Origin: Octopus vulgaris
Lineage: Eukaryota
Direction: 5' to 3'
NCBI GenBank assembly: GCA_951406725.2
Contig: OX597821.1
Location: forward strand, 6,572,001 to 6,636,000
Length of the DNA: 64,000 nucleotides
Shown here piece after piece: positions 52,788-64,000 of this stretch. Made by a program: the position numbers and the translations under genes. The notes beneath the pieces were generated by a model, which had not been told where the DNA came from, did not search any database, and saw only the letters and a program-made list of their open reading frames with translations. Every line of letters begins with the position of its first letter. Positions within the stretch are counted from its first letter, which is position 1.

Positions 52788-53477
52788 ATGTATGTGTATG
52801 TATATGTTTGTGTGTCTGTGTTTGTCCCCCCAACATTGCTTAACAACCGATGGTGGTGTGTTTACGTCCCTGTAACTTAGCGGTTCGGCATAAGAGACCG
52901 ATAGAATAATATCGCTATGAATGATATTTTTTGACACAGGGCACCTCTAAGATGACCACCAGATGCTGAATGAAAATAAATGAACTGCGACCAGGCTCAA
53001 TGAAAGGAGCCTGAGTTATTCGTTGAAATTACATACTTGAAGTCAGTGTTGGCAGAAATTAAATCAGCCTGCAAATACACGTTCACTTTACTAAATTTAT
53101 ACACAGGCTAAACCTGAACAGTCCGAGTGCCAGAGTCACCACTGATATATATATATATATATATATATCCTGCACAGTCTGTTCTGAAAAGAGGTTGATG
53201 GTAGGAAGGGCATCCAGCTGTAGGAACCATGCCAAAGTGGACAGGTATAGAACCTAGTGCAGCCTTCTGGCTCATCTGTTCTTGTCAAACTATCCAACCC
53301 ATACCAGCATGGAAAAATAGGATGTTTAATAGTGATGATGATGATCTTCAATCTGATGGTCTTGATTGTGAAATTCAAATAACAAGATATGAGGTGCCAG
53401 TTATATATATATATATAAAAAAAATATATATATATATAAAAAAAAATATATATATATATAAAATATATATATATTCT

Positions 53478-54942
53478 TTTATTCTGTTACTTGTATTAGT
53501 CATTTGATTGCGGCCATGCTGGAGCACTGCCTTAAAGGATTTTTTAGTCAAAGAAATTGACCCCAAGACTTATTGTTTGTAAGCCTAGGACTTATTCAAT
53601 TGATCTCTTTACTGAACTGCTAAGTTATGGGGATATAAAAACACCAACATCGATTGTCAAGTGATGGTTGGGGGTACAAACACAGACACAAAGATACATT
53701 CACATAAATATATACATTATTGGGTTGGCAGGAAGGTAATTTCATTTTTCACAAATAGATAGTTACAATTTTTTTGTATGACTTTTGTAAATGTTATGAT
53801 TTTTTTCCTTTTGACATTTGATAGTTGTTACTTTTACCTTGCTTCAGAAGCAAATTGCGTGTAATTTTGTTCACACCTGTTAGCTCAGGTGTAAACATGG
53901 AGTGCAAAGATGAACATTTTCCACATATTTTGCTTTTTTATTTCCATAAAGGCAAGAAAATTGCTGAGGCTCACAAAAAGATGTGTGAAGTTTATGGTAT
54001 TGATTGCTTAAGGGAATGCACATGTCAGAAATGGTTCTAAGAATTCCGTTTTGGAGATTTTTCACTCAAAGATGACCAACATTCTGGTCGATCTACTGAA
54101 ATTGATGATGACTGAATCAGAGCCATCATTGAATCTGATATAACTGTGTGAGAGATTGCAGAGAGGTTAAATGTATCACACACAACAATTGAGAATCACT
54201 TAAAATATCTTGGACTCATTAAGAAGCTCAATATTTGGGTTCCACATAAATTGAAAGAGATTCACTTAACAGAAGCTGAATTGCATAAAAAAAAGTCATG
54301 CTGTCAATTTGGTGGGATTACAAAGGTGTTGTGTATTCTGAGCTGCTTCTAAAAAACCAAACAATCAATTCAAATGTTTACTGTCAACAACTAATAAAAC
54401 TGGAGCAAGTAATCAAAGAAAAAGGACCAGAATTGGCAAATCCTAGAGGAATTATGTTCCACCATGACAATGCTAACCCAATGCTAACTCATGAAAACAT
54501 ATTGGAGCTTGTGGTTGAGATTACCATTTATTTCAAAGTTTGCAAAATTCTTTGAATGGTAAAACTTTCGATAATGATGATGACCAGAAATCACACTTGC
54601 TTCAGCTTTTGGCTGATAAGGACCAGAAGTTCTATGAGCGTGGAATCATGAAGTTGCCAGTAAGATGGCAAAAGGTCATCAAACAAAATGGAAAATATAT
54701 AATTGATTAGAGTTCATTCTTTGTATGAGAAAAAAGTGACTTCACACTAAATAACTGAAATTACTTTCTTGCCAACCCAATAGTATATATACAACAGGCT
54801 TCTTTCAGTTTCCATCTACCAAATCCGCTCACAAGGCTTTGGTTGGCCCCTGGCTATCGTAGAAGACAATTGCTGAAAGTGTCATGCAGTGGGATTGAAC
54901 CTGAAACCATGTGGTTGGGAAGCAAGCTTCTTACCATACAGT
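53478..54942 (-). mobile_element. SINE family A split by a mariner insertion
   Basis: Tail half at 53478-53715 and head half at 54785-54942 flank the mariner. Confidence 0.75.
53720..54780 (+). mobile_element. Decayed mariner transposon (mellifera-like TIR) with transposase pseudogene
   Basis: TA|TTGGGTTGGCAGGAAGGTAATTTC ... GAAATTACTTTCTTGCCAACCCAA|TA; fragments MECKDEHFPHILLFYFHKG, WVPHKLKE, MLSIWWDYKGVVYSELL and HHDNA; stops, frameshifts and internal deletions. Confidence 0.9.
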
Positions 54943-55907
54943 GATTGGTAGAATGGAATATGCTGTCATTTGGTTCTAATGATTCATCTTTCTTATAAAT
55001 GAATGAATTAATGTTCTCCCTGAAAGCTGTTTTTTTTTTGTCTAGTCTTGGCTGTTACCTGTGCTATGTCTGTTGGGTACATTTTCAAATAAATCCTTGG
55101 AGTAAATTTATTATCTCATCATAACTGAGTCATGACTCATGCAGTTTCATTAACATTTTAATAAGTAATCTTCCATTATTTTATAACTGAATTTTTGTGT
55201 AGAAAAGTAAGTGGGCCCTGATGAGCTGTAAAGAGAGTGAAAACAGCTGCTTTGATCCTTGTTTCAAGGTGTTGAAACAAAAATCCCATGGGCTTAATAT
55301 TCACAGCATGGCTAAATACATAGAGATATGATTCTGTATATAATATCTACTACCTTTTGTCAATAGACAAAGAGAAAGTAATAGGAAGAAACAGATGTGT
55401 GTGTGTGTATCTGTGTATGTATATGTATATATATGTATACATATGTATGCGTGTGTGTATGTGTGTAATTGTTTCACTTTCTCACTTTCCATCTCTACAG
55501 ATAATTGAATTAAAATAATCAGGTACCATAGAAATAGGTAGAAGTGTTTGTTTTGTTGGCTCATTGTGTAGGTGGTTGGCAGGGGAAATATAGAGACATG
55601 TTGCCAAGGTTGTGAGAACCAGGGTGTTGTACGGGTGGAAATAAACACGTAAAAGTGGTGCTGCCTTGTGTTAGGTACATAAGTGCATATAGTTGCCATA
55701 TATGTGTGTGTATATATGTGGAGGTTAATTGAAAGTGCTCACACACTTGGAAAAAACTTCTTCCCCAAAAAGGTTAGTAACATCTTGATAAAAGATTTTA
55801 TAACATTTTTAAAAAAAAATAATTTATAAAAAAATCACTTTACAGTTCAAAATGGCATTAAATAAATCTCATAGACTTTCAAATATATATATATATATTC
55901 TAGCAAA

Positions 55908-55950
55908 AACTGTCCGACGAACGGAAACGTGAAACTCAGAGTAACAGGTT
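55908..55950 (+). ncRNA. Type I minimal hammerhead ribozyme candidate (CCGACGA core)
   Basis: CUGU-CCGACGA-ACG/GAAA/CGU-GAA-ACUC/A/GAGU-A-ACAG: stems I and II pair, stem III is quasi-palindromic, predicted cleavage after GUA at 55943. Confidence 0.55.
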
Positions 55951-55965
55951 TTGTTGAATTTTCTG

Positions 55966-56024
<59 letters not shown>

Positions 56025-56112
56025 TGATTCTGTTATTATCATTTTTAGATTGTTACACTAGCTAATAACAAAGTCAATGGTATCTTTGCAAATTTTTCAC
56101 GAATTATTTTTC

Positions 56113-56185
<73 letters not shown>

Positions 56186-56527
56186 GTTTGTAGCCATGTA
56201 TTCAACTGCATAGCAATATACTTGAATAATGTATGTGAAAATTCTGAGCAAACTAAATTTACCTTTGCTGGAGAAAATAAACAAAAACCTAACGATAGTT
56301 GTTAGTGACTTCAAAAGAAAAGGGGAGATAATTTCAAGAGATTCAGAATTTATTTCACAGAAAGTTCAGTTTCCATGCTTAGAGGGGAAAAAAGATGATT
56401 TGTCTTGTATATATGTGATATTTATGTTTTATTGAAGGAATATAGATCTTTTATGAGAAAGTGATTTTTATCAAAGAATTTGTCCGTGGTGAGTTTAACA
56501 GGGTGATTTGTTTTAAAATTATTTAGA

Positions 56528-56813
56528 TGTTAGTTAGTTAGTTAGTTAGTTAATTTGGCTCAAAAGCAAATAGCAAGGCCATGTAGGGGGACATGGAGTT
56601 AAGTACAGGGTGGTGTTCATGTAAAGAGTTCAGGCCACTTGAGGTCAAGGGAGGCTTTGAACAAAGCGGTCGTCGGCATCTTCACCATCTCGTCTGGCAG
56701 CTTGTTCCACGGATCCACAACCCGGACGGAGAAAGCTCCTCTCCTTCGATTGAGATGAAATCGTCGCAGGTAGAGCTTTTCGGAATGACCCCGCAGCCGA
56801 CGCTCTGGAGCAG
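56528..56813 (-). mobile_element. CR1-clade LINE 3' end, young
   Basis: Minus strand APERRLRGHSEKLYLRRFHLNRRRGAFSVRVVDPWNKLPDEMVKMPTTALFKASLD; (TAAC)n tail; CpGs retained. Confidence 0.8.
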
Positions 56814-57030
56814 GAAAATTTATTTTTTGTCATATATTTCTATGCAAGTGTTAATGTGTGTCTGTGTGAGAGAGAGACAGAGAGAGAGAGAGAGAGCGGT
56901 CAAATTAGGCTATTTGTAAGATTTAATTTACGAGTAAAACAGGTGATGACAGTGATGATGATGATGATGATGAGAATGGGAGTGAAAGAAATTGGCTATA
57001 TCAGAAAGAAAAATTAATAGGAAGAGACAG

Positions 57031-57071
<41 letters not shown>

Positions 57072-57367
57072 TCATCAGCCCAAGTATAATCATAATTGTG
57101 GCCATTGCCAGCGTTATGTAAATGTCACCTGTGAAATTGTAGTTGTGGCCTGTACTGGTATTATGTAAATGGCACCCATGTCAGTGGCATGTAAAAAGCA
57201 CCCTCTCAGCGTGGTTGGCATTAGGAAGGGCATCCAGCCGTAGAAACCATGCCAAATCAGGCTGGAACCTGATGCAGCTCTCTGGCTTACCAGTTCCAGT
57301 CAAACTGTCAAACCCATGTTAACATGGAAAGTGGATGCTAAATGATGATGATGATGATGATGATGAC

Positions 57368-57414
<47 letters not shown>

Positions 57415-57479
57415 TGCATGTATATGTGTGTATATGTAGTATATGTATGTGTATATATATATATATATATATGTATAAT

Positions 57480-57890
57480 AGGCACAGCAGTGGATGTGTG
57501 GTAAGAAGTTTGCTTCCCAACCACATGGTTCCAGGTTCAGTCTCACTGCATGGCACCTTGGGCAAGTGTCTTCTACTGTAGCCTCGGGCCAACCAAAGAC
57601 TTATGAGTAGATTTGGTAGGCAGAAACTGAAAGAAACCTGTCATATACATATGTGTGTGTGTGTGTGTGTAGGTATGTATTTGTCTGCCTATGTTTGTCA
57701 CCCCCACCATCGCTTGACAATCGATGTTGGTGTGTTTAAATTCCTGTAACTTAGTGGTCCAACAAAAGAAACTGATAGAATAAGTACTGGACTTACGAAG
57801 AATAAGTTCTGGGGTCAATCAGTTCGACTAAAGGCAGTGCTCCAGCATGGCCGCAGTCAAATGACTGAAACAAATAAAAGAGTAAAAGAG
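57480..57890 (+). mobile_element. SINE family A
   Basis: Full-length match to family A. Confidence 0.8.
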
Positions 57891-57983
57891 AAAATATATA
57901 TATATATATATATAGTCCAACCCATGCTAGCATGGAGAACGGACGGTAAACGATATATATATATATATTGTATGTGTGTGTGT

Positions 57984-58027
<44 letters not shown>

Positions 58028-58547
58028 CAAGGAAGGAGTATAGCAATGGGGGAGATGGGAGTGTCTTGAATTTGGTAATACAATCTGTGTACAAATTTTG
58101 GCGGATAATTTAACTGTTCTGCCACATGTATTCTAACTGCCGCCTCCATTCAGTTCAATTCAGCTGTTATTGTTGTTCCAGTTGTTATTATAGTTGTTGT
58201 TGTTGTTATTACTGCTGTTCCCCCTTTCCATTCCCCCTTCAATAACCCCCTCTCTTTCTCTTTTCTTCACTTCCTCATCTTCATCTTCCTTTCATTGATT
58301 CAGTATCTGTAGGTACCATGTTGTCACATCCAGACGGATGATGATACGGATATGAATATTCTATGGAGCTGCCTTATGTAACATAACACACTTTGCTCAT
58401 AGTTTCATATTTGTCCTTGATGCTGTCGTTGCGGCTGTTCTAGTTTCGTGTTGTCTTTTGTGTTTTAAGCTCTAAGTATAAGAAATGGCATTATGTAAGT
58501 ATTACTATTTATACACCTCTCTGTCTATCTATACATTTTGAAATCTA

Positions 58548-58608
<61 letters not shown>

Positions 58609-58611
58609 GTA

Positions 58612-58774
<163 letters not shown>

Positions 58775-58889
58775 GTATATATATATATATGTATATATAT
58801 GTATATATGTATATATATATATATATATATGTATATACATATATATACATACATACATACATACATACATACATACATACATACATACA

Positions 58890-59114
58890 CAGTAATCCTT
58901 TGTCTATTGTGGGTGTTACCTTCCAAAACCTCCCACACAAATAATAAAAATCTAAAAAAATATCGGCTGCAGAAATCCAGATATACTGAGGAGTCCACGA
59001 TATAAATTTTCATATATCAGCCAGAAAACTCCGTGATGTACTGAGTGTGTGATATGTGAACTGTGATGTACTGACTGTGCGATAGGTGAACCACGATATG
59101 ATGAGAGATTACTG
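58890..59114. mobile_element. Tigger/pogo-like MITE
   Basis: CAGTAATCCTTTGTCTATTGTGG ... CCACGATATGATGAGAGATTACTG|TA degenerate TIRs; short internal tandem repeats GTGATGTACTGA. Confidence 0.5.
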
Positions 59115-60149
59115 TACACACACACACACACACACAAATATATATATATATAAATAGGAAAATAGAATTCAAAATATGAGTATATATATTTTTTGCATTA
59201 TTAATCAGCAAAAGATATCAGAGTTTGGTTAGTGTCACTGCATGAAACTTTAAACTCCTGAGTCACTATGTAATTTCTACAATTTAATAATAAAAGAATG
59301 TATATAAACTGTATCTATCTATATGACACACATGCTATCTGTCTAAAGACAAAAATCTGTTGTTGGTAGCAGAAGTAGTCACTGTTAAATAGAAAGTAGT
59401 GAATGCACCAAGCATAAAGGGTGAAAGGGTTTTGTTTATTTGATAGAATTGTTGGGATGTGCTTATAGTTTCAATAATGGTCTTCATATATGGCCTGAGT
59501 TGGTTCTTATCGGGAGTTACTGCCTTCTTAGACAGATTTGGTCCCACATTTTGCCTGTATATGTGTATATTTTGTGTGTGTGTGTGTTACAATTCTTATT
59601 CTTTGAGATGCACTCAAAGGAGGAGTTTTTTCCTTTTTTTGCTTCATGTTTAGAAATTTGCTACCAAGAAATAATTTACACCTTGCATTACAATGGAGAA
59701 ATTTTTTTAGTGTTTTTCACTCCTTTGTAATATATTTTTCTCTTTTTTTTACTTGTGAGTGTAGTCACAGAGTGACTACACTCATGGAGTGGTTGGCGCT
59801 AGGAAGGGCATCCAGCTGTAGAAACACTGCCAGATCAGACTGGGCCTGGTGCAGCCTCCTTGCTTCCCAGACCCCGGTCGAACCGACCAAACCATACTAG
59901 CATGGAAAACGGACGTTAAACAGTGATGAATGAGTAGATCTGAGCAAAATACTGTTGCAGGAAATTATTTTTCTTTTGTATTCCTTTGTTAAATTTCCAA
60001 TTTTGTTCAGGTTTGTCTTCGCAGCATTATAAACTTCCAGTTAAAGCAATGCATTGGGTCCACTACACTCACAGCCACAGTATATATAGTTTAGCACTGG
60101 ACCCCTAAATTTGTGGAGCCCTTGGGCAACTGCATAGGATGTCTGTTCC

Positions 60150-60372
60150 TTAACCATTTGACACTGAGATTACTCTGTCAAATGTAATGTTTATTTATTC
60201 ACATTATTTTGAATTAATTATGCATTATCACATAGGTTCGATATTTCAATGACATGATTGTATATTTTTAGGAGCGACATTGTAGGGTAGGTGCAAGAAG
60301 TCAGATCTAGCTAGTTTGAACATAAAACAGGTAAAATATTTCAGCCAGACATGGTCAGTTTGAATGCTAAAA
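60150..60372. mobile_element. Decayed piggyBac-type MITE
   Basis: TTAACC...GATTACTCTGTCAAATGTAATG start, matching TTAACCCTTTAGCATTCAGATTAC at about 62478; right end GAATGCTAAA. Confidence 0.45.
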
Positions 60373-61003
60373 TCTCAAAATGGCAATGATTCTATTAATG
60401 ATAAGTTTATTTTTCTAAATAATTTGATGCAGGAGAGAACAATATTTAATTTTGGCATTATTTATGCATTTAAATAGCTGTTTTGTACACTGTTTCCTTA
60501 TAAATATGTTAAAATCAGGCAAGTATACACACAAATTCTGTAGCAAGTGCGCATGCAATGGCACAATGTAACAGAAACATCATCATCATCATCGTTTAAC
60601 GTCCGTTTTCCGCGCTAGCACAGGTTGGACGGTTCAACCGGGGTCTGGGAAGCCAGGGGCTGCACCAGGCTCCAGTCTGATCTGGCAGAGTCTCTACAGC
60701 TGGATGCCCTTCCTAACGCCAACATCATATGTAAACCTGTTCTTGTCTTTGTAAATTTCTCACCTCCACATTTCCTCTCTGTCCCTTTCACCTTTTTCCA
60801 TTTCCCTTTCTAAGTTTATTCTTTAGTGTGTCAGTAACCCAAGTAGCTGTTTATTCCTCTATTCCTCACTTCACCCCAGGAAAGAGAGGTGAACCCTAAA
60901 CTCATCGACCTCCATTTCATGGGTAGGAGATGTTCTGGCACTGCTGTTTTGGCACAAATTGATATTTCTGATTTCACACTGACTTATTTGATATGAGACA
61001 TTT

Positions 61004-61079
<76 letters not shown>

Positions 61080-61231
61080 ATCTATCTATCCATCTGTTTA
61101 TGTGTGTGACCATATTTCTCTTATGCATATGAGGAGAAGGAAAGTGTTCATGTCAGTTGCACTCAACAAATAGATTGCAATGTCTATCTATCTGTCTGTC
61201 TGTCTAACTGTCTGTCTAACTGTCTGTCTAA

Positions 61232-61269
<38 letters not shown>

Positions 61270-62571
61270 ATATATATATTTCCATGTGCACACATGTATG
61301 CTTGCATCCAGTGCCCAAAAGTATTATTGCCAACACAGTTTGAATGTCCAGTCAGCCATGCCAAATCGTCAGCATCCAAACAGCTGCACCCAATCATCTC
61401 ACTCCTCTGTTTCTCTACCTGTTGATTGGTTAATCTGACCTTATACCATCCACTGTTGCTATCATGACCCACCTCATAACCACAAGCCTTAATGTGGCCA
61501 TTCCACATAATCTTCAGCTGTAATCAGTCTTATACTGTGATGCAAGTCTGTCTCTTTGAAACCCCAGGTATAGTCCATCTAGTAGACATCCACATTGTTT
61601 CTTTCACTTATTAATATATAAATATTGAAGTAATCCAGAGCATGACACTCTGTGTGTCGATGTATTTGACAAGGCTGGCCCTTTGAATTACAGTACAATC
61701 CCATCCTGTATTATGGCGTAATCATTTGAGTAATTAAGTAGACAAAAGCAGGTGACCCTTAATATTCTCCTGAGGATGAATTGGTGCAATACAGTGTGTG
61801 ACAAGATTGGTCCTTTAAATTACACATGCAGTTCATCTTATATTTTAAATGGTATTCGTTAGTGTTCTTCATAATTTATTTTTACTACATGATCATTAGT
61901 CAACATCCACTTTTCCCAAGCTTGCATGGGCCAGATGAAATTTGTTGAGGCAGATTTTCTGCTGCTGGATGCCCTTCCTGTTTCCAAGCAAGTTGATATT
62001 TACAAACGACCAGGGATGTTCCACATGGAAGACTGGAAATGAACAACATTGTTTGTATGATGGTAATGTCCCTTTATTACAATCATGTGATGTCCAGACA
62101 AGGGTACACATGCATGTGCATGTTCATGCATATACACACATACCTGCACACGCATGATGGGTTTCTTTCAGTTTCTTTCAACCAAACCCACTCACAAGGC
62201 TTTGATCAGCCCTGGGCTATAGTAGAAGATAATTGCACAAGGTTCTGCCCAGAACCAAGACCACATCATTGGGAAGCAAGCCTCTTAATCACACAAATAG
62301 TCACACCTGCACATATTACATATGCATAAATAAATACATACTGTCCAAACAGTTAAAGGTACATATGATATCTGTTTGTGTGCACATGTATGTATACGTT
62401 TTTTTACTAGCTAGTAAACCTTATCCCTTATAAAGTCTCAGAGACCCTACTTAGGATTTCAACTTTCTGCAGAGTACTTAACCCTTTAGCATTCAGATTA
62501 CTATGTCAAATATAATGCACACAATTAGCTTTTGTTTAATTAAAATAATCAGCTGTTTTTATTTGCATTTC

Positions 62572-62973
62572 TCTTTTACTTGTTTTCAGTCATTTGACTG
62601 CAACCATGCTGGAGCACCACCTTTAGTCGAGCAAATCGACCCCGGGACTTATTCTTTGTAAGCCCAGTATTTATTCTATTGGTCTCTTTTGCCGAACCGC
62701 TAAGTGACGGGGACGTAAACACACCAGCATCAGTTGTCAAGCAATGTTTAGGGAATAAACACAGACACACAAACATATACGCGCACACTTATATATATAT
62801 ACATATATACGACGGGCTTCTTTCAGTTTCCGACTACCAAATCCACTTACAAGGCTTTGGTCGGCCCGAGGCTATAGCAGAAGACACTTGCCCAAGATGC
62901 CACACAGTGGGACTGAACCCGGAACCATGTGGTCGGTTAGCAAGCTACTTACCACACAGCCACTCCTGCGCCT
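62572..62973 (-). mobile_element. SINE family A
   Basis: Full-length reverse match. Confidence 0.85.
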
Positions 62974-63167
62974 ATACGTATTTACATATTTAATTATTTT
63001 GCAGAATATGGAAAGGGAGTATTTGTGTAAATCACCGTTTGGTGAAAGTGGGGCACCAAGATACAATAGGATGAGAACCATCTGGATAGGATAGGTCATC
63101 TCTGTCCATACTGCAGTGTTTCTCAACCTTTTTACCATTGCGTAACCCTTAAAATAAATTTCATGTC

Positions 63168-63400
63168 CATTATTTACATTATTTACATTTGACAGATATT
63201 TGTCCTCGTCTTGTTTGTTGTTAACACAACATTTTGGCTGATATACCCTCCAGCCTTCATCAGGTGTCTTGGGGAAATTTCGAACCTGATTTCTCATTCC
63301 TAAGGTATTTTTCAATGTTGTTTATTGTTATTATTATTACTATTATTATTATCATCATCATCATCATCATCATCATCATTATTATTATTATTACTATTAC

Positions 63401-63434
<34 letters not shown>

Positions 63435-63572
63435 GAAAAATACCTTAGGAATGAGAACCCAGGTTAGAAATTTCCCCAGGACACCTGAAGAAGGCTGGAG
63501 GGAATATCAGTTGAAACGTTGTGTTAACAACAATTGAGATGAGGACAAATATCTGTTAAATGTAAATAATGT
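63168..63572. mobile_element. Inverted pair of Penelope pLTR-like units flanking a (TTA/TCA)n microsatellite
   Basis: ~140-bp arms at about 63168-63313 and 63435-63572 are reverse complements, and each carries a hammerhead motif. Confidence 0.7.
63480..63525 (+). ncRNA. Penelope-type minimal hammerhead ribozyme, intact core
   Basis: GACAC-CUGAAGA-A-GGCUG/GAGGGAAUAU/CAGUU-GAA-ACGU-U-GUGUU; the mirror copy at 63223-63268 (-) has CUGAUGA and GGCUG/CAGCC but a decayed GAAA. Confidence 0.65.
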
Positions 63573-64000
63573 ACATAATTCCTCATCTCTTAAATATAGA
63601 ACTGAAATTACATGTCTCAAGGAACCCTTGCACAAAAAAAATTATATACTATATCTTTCTCATATTTTTTCATCATAGTTCACATGGTAAATATCGCACA
63701 CACACACACACACACACACTTGTATATGTATATATATGGTTATATTTTTTTGATAACATAATCGGTTAGATATGATGATGTCTATATTACAATATTACAA
63801 TAACCAATAATATGTTGTGCATGTATAGTAATATTACGGTCATGAAATTAGCATTAGCTCATCTCATACTTTCTTGCGGAAATCCTAGGAACCTTTTGTG
63901 GAACCCTAGGCTTCCAGGGAACCCCGGTTGAGAAACACTGCCATACTGCATATTCTAAAGGGACTGAACTCACTACAGCAAGCTAAGGCTAGCTCTCTGC

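Larger units (their letters stand above)
63114..63940. mobile_element. hAT-family MITE with 8-bp TSD, containing a nested inverted-repeat element
   Basis: CAGTGTTTCTCAACC ... GGTTGAGAAACACTG perfect TIR; TSD CCATACTG at 63106-63113 and 63941-63948. Confidence 0.9.

Noticed and set aside
55214-55252. CTGATGAG...GAAAACAGCTG hammerhead-like string
   Set aside because: Stem I cannot be formed and stem II is broken; at best a decayed remnant

Overview
64 kb of AT-rich eukaryotic non-coding DNA dominated by microsatellites ((TA)n, (CA)n, (TACA)n, (TAGA)n, (TAA)n, (CAT)n) and interspersed repeats. The SINE families and microsatellite load resemble an Octopus (coleoid cephalopod) genome; this is inferred from recalled repeat sequences, not from a search. 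No host protein-coding exon could be identified with confidence, and nearly all listed ORFs are translations of microsatellites or SINEs. Supported content: four or five SINE-like families; truncated LINE 3' ends (RTE, CR1, Dong/R4, HERO); a decayed mariner; mariner, hAT, Tigger and piggyBac-type MITEs; Helentron-type HINEs; and a promoter-like TCTCGCGAGA palindrome at about 6.9 kb. The most notable patterns are: (1) several sequence-distinct short elements carrying Penelope-type minimal hammerhead ribozyme motifs, often as inverted pairs and some with non-canonical cores (U4C, C3U/G8A, A6U); (2) two 5'-inverted non-L1 LINE insertions with twin-priming geometry; (3) a SINE flanked by a ~190-bp duplication; (4) a pre-miRNA-like hairpin. 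Coordinates were read by eye and repeat boundaries are approximate.
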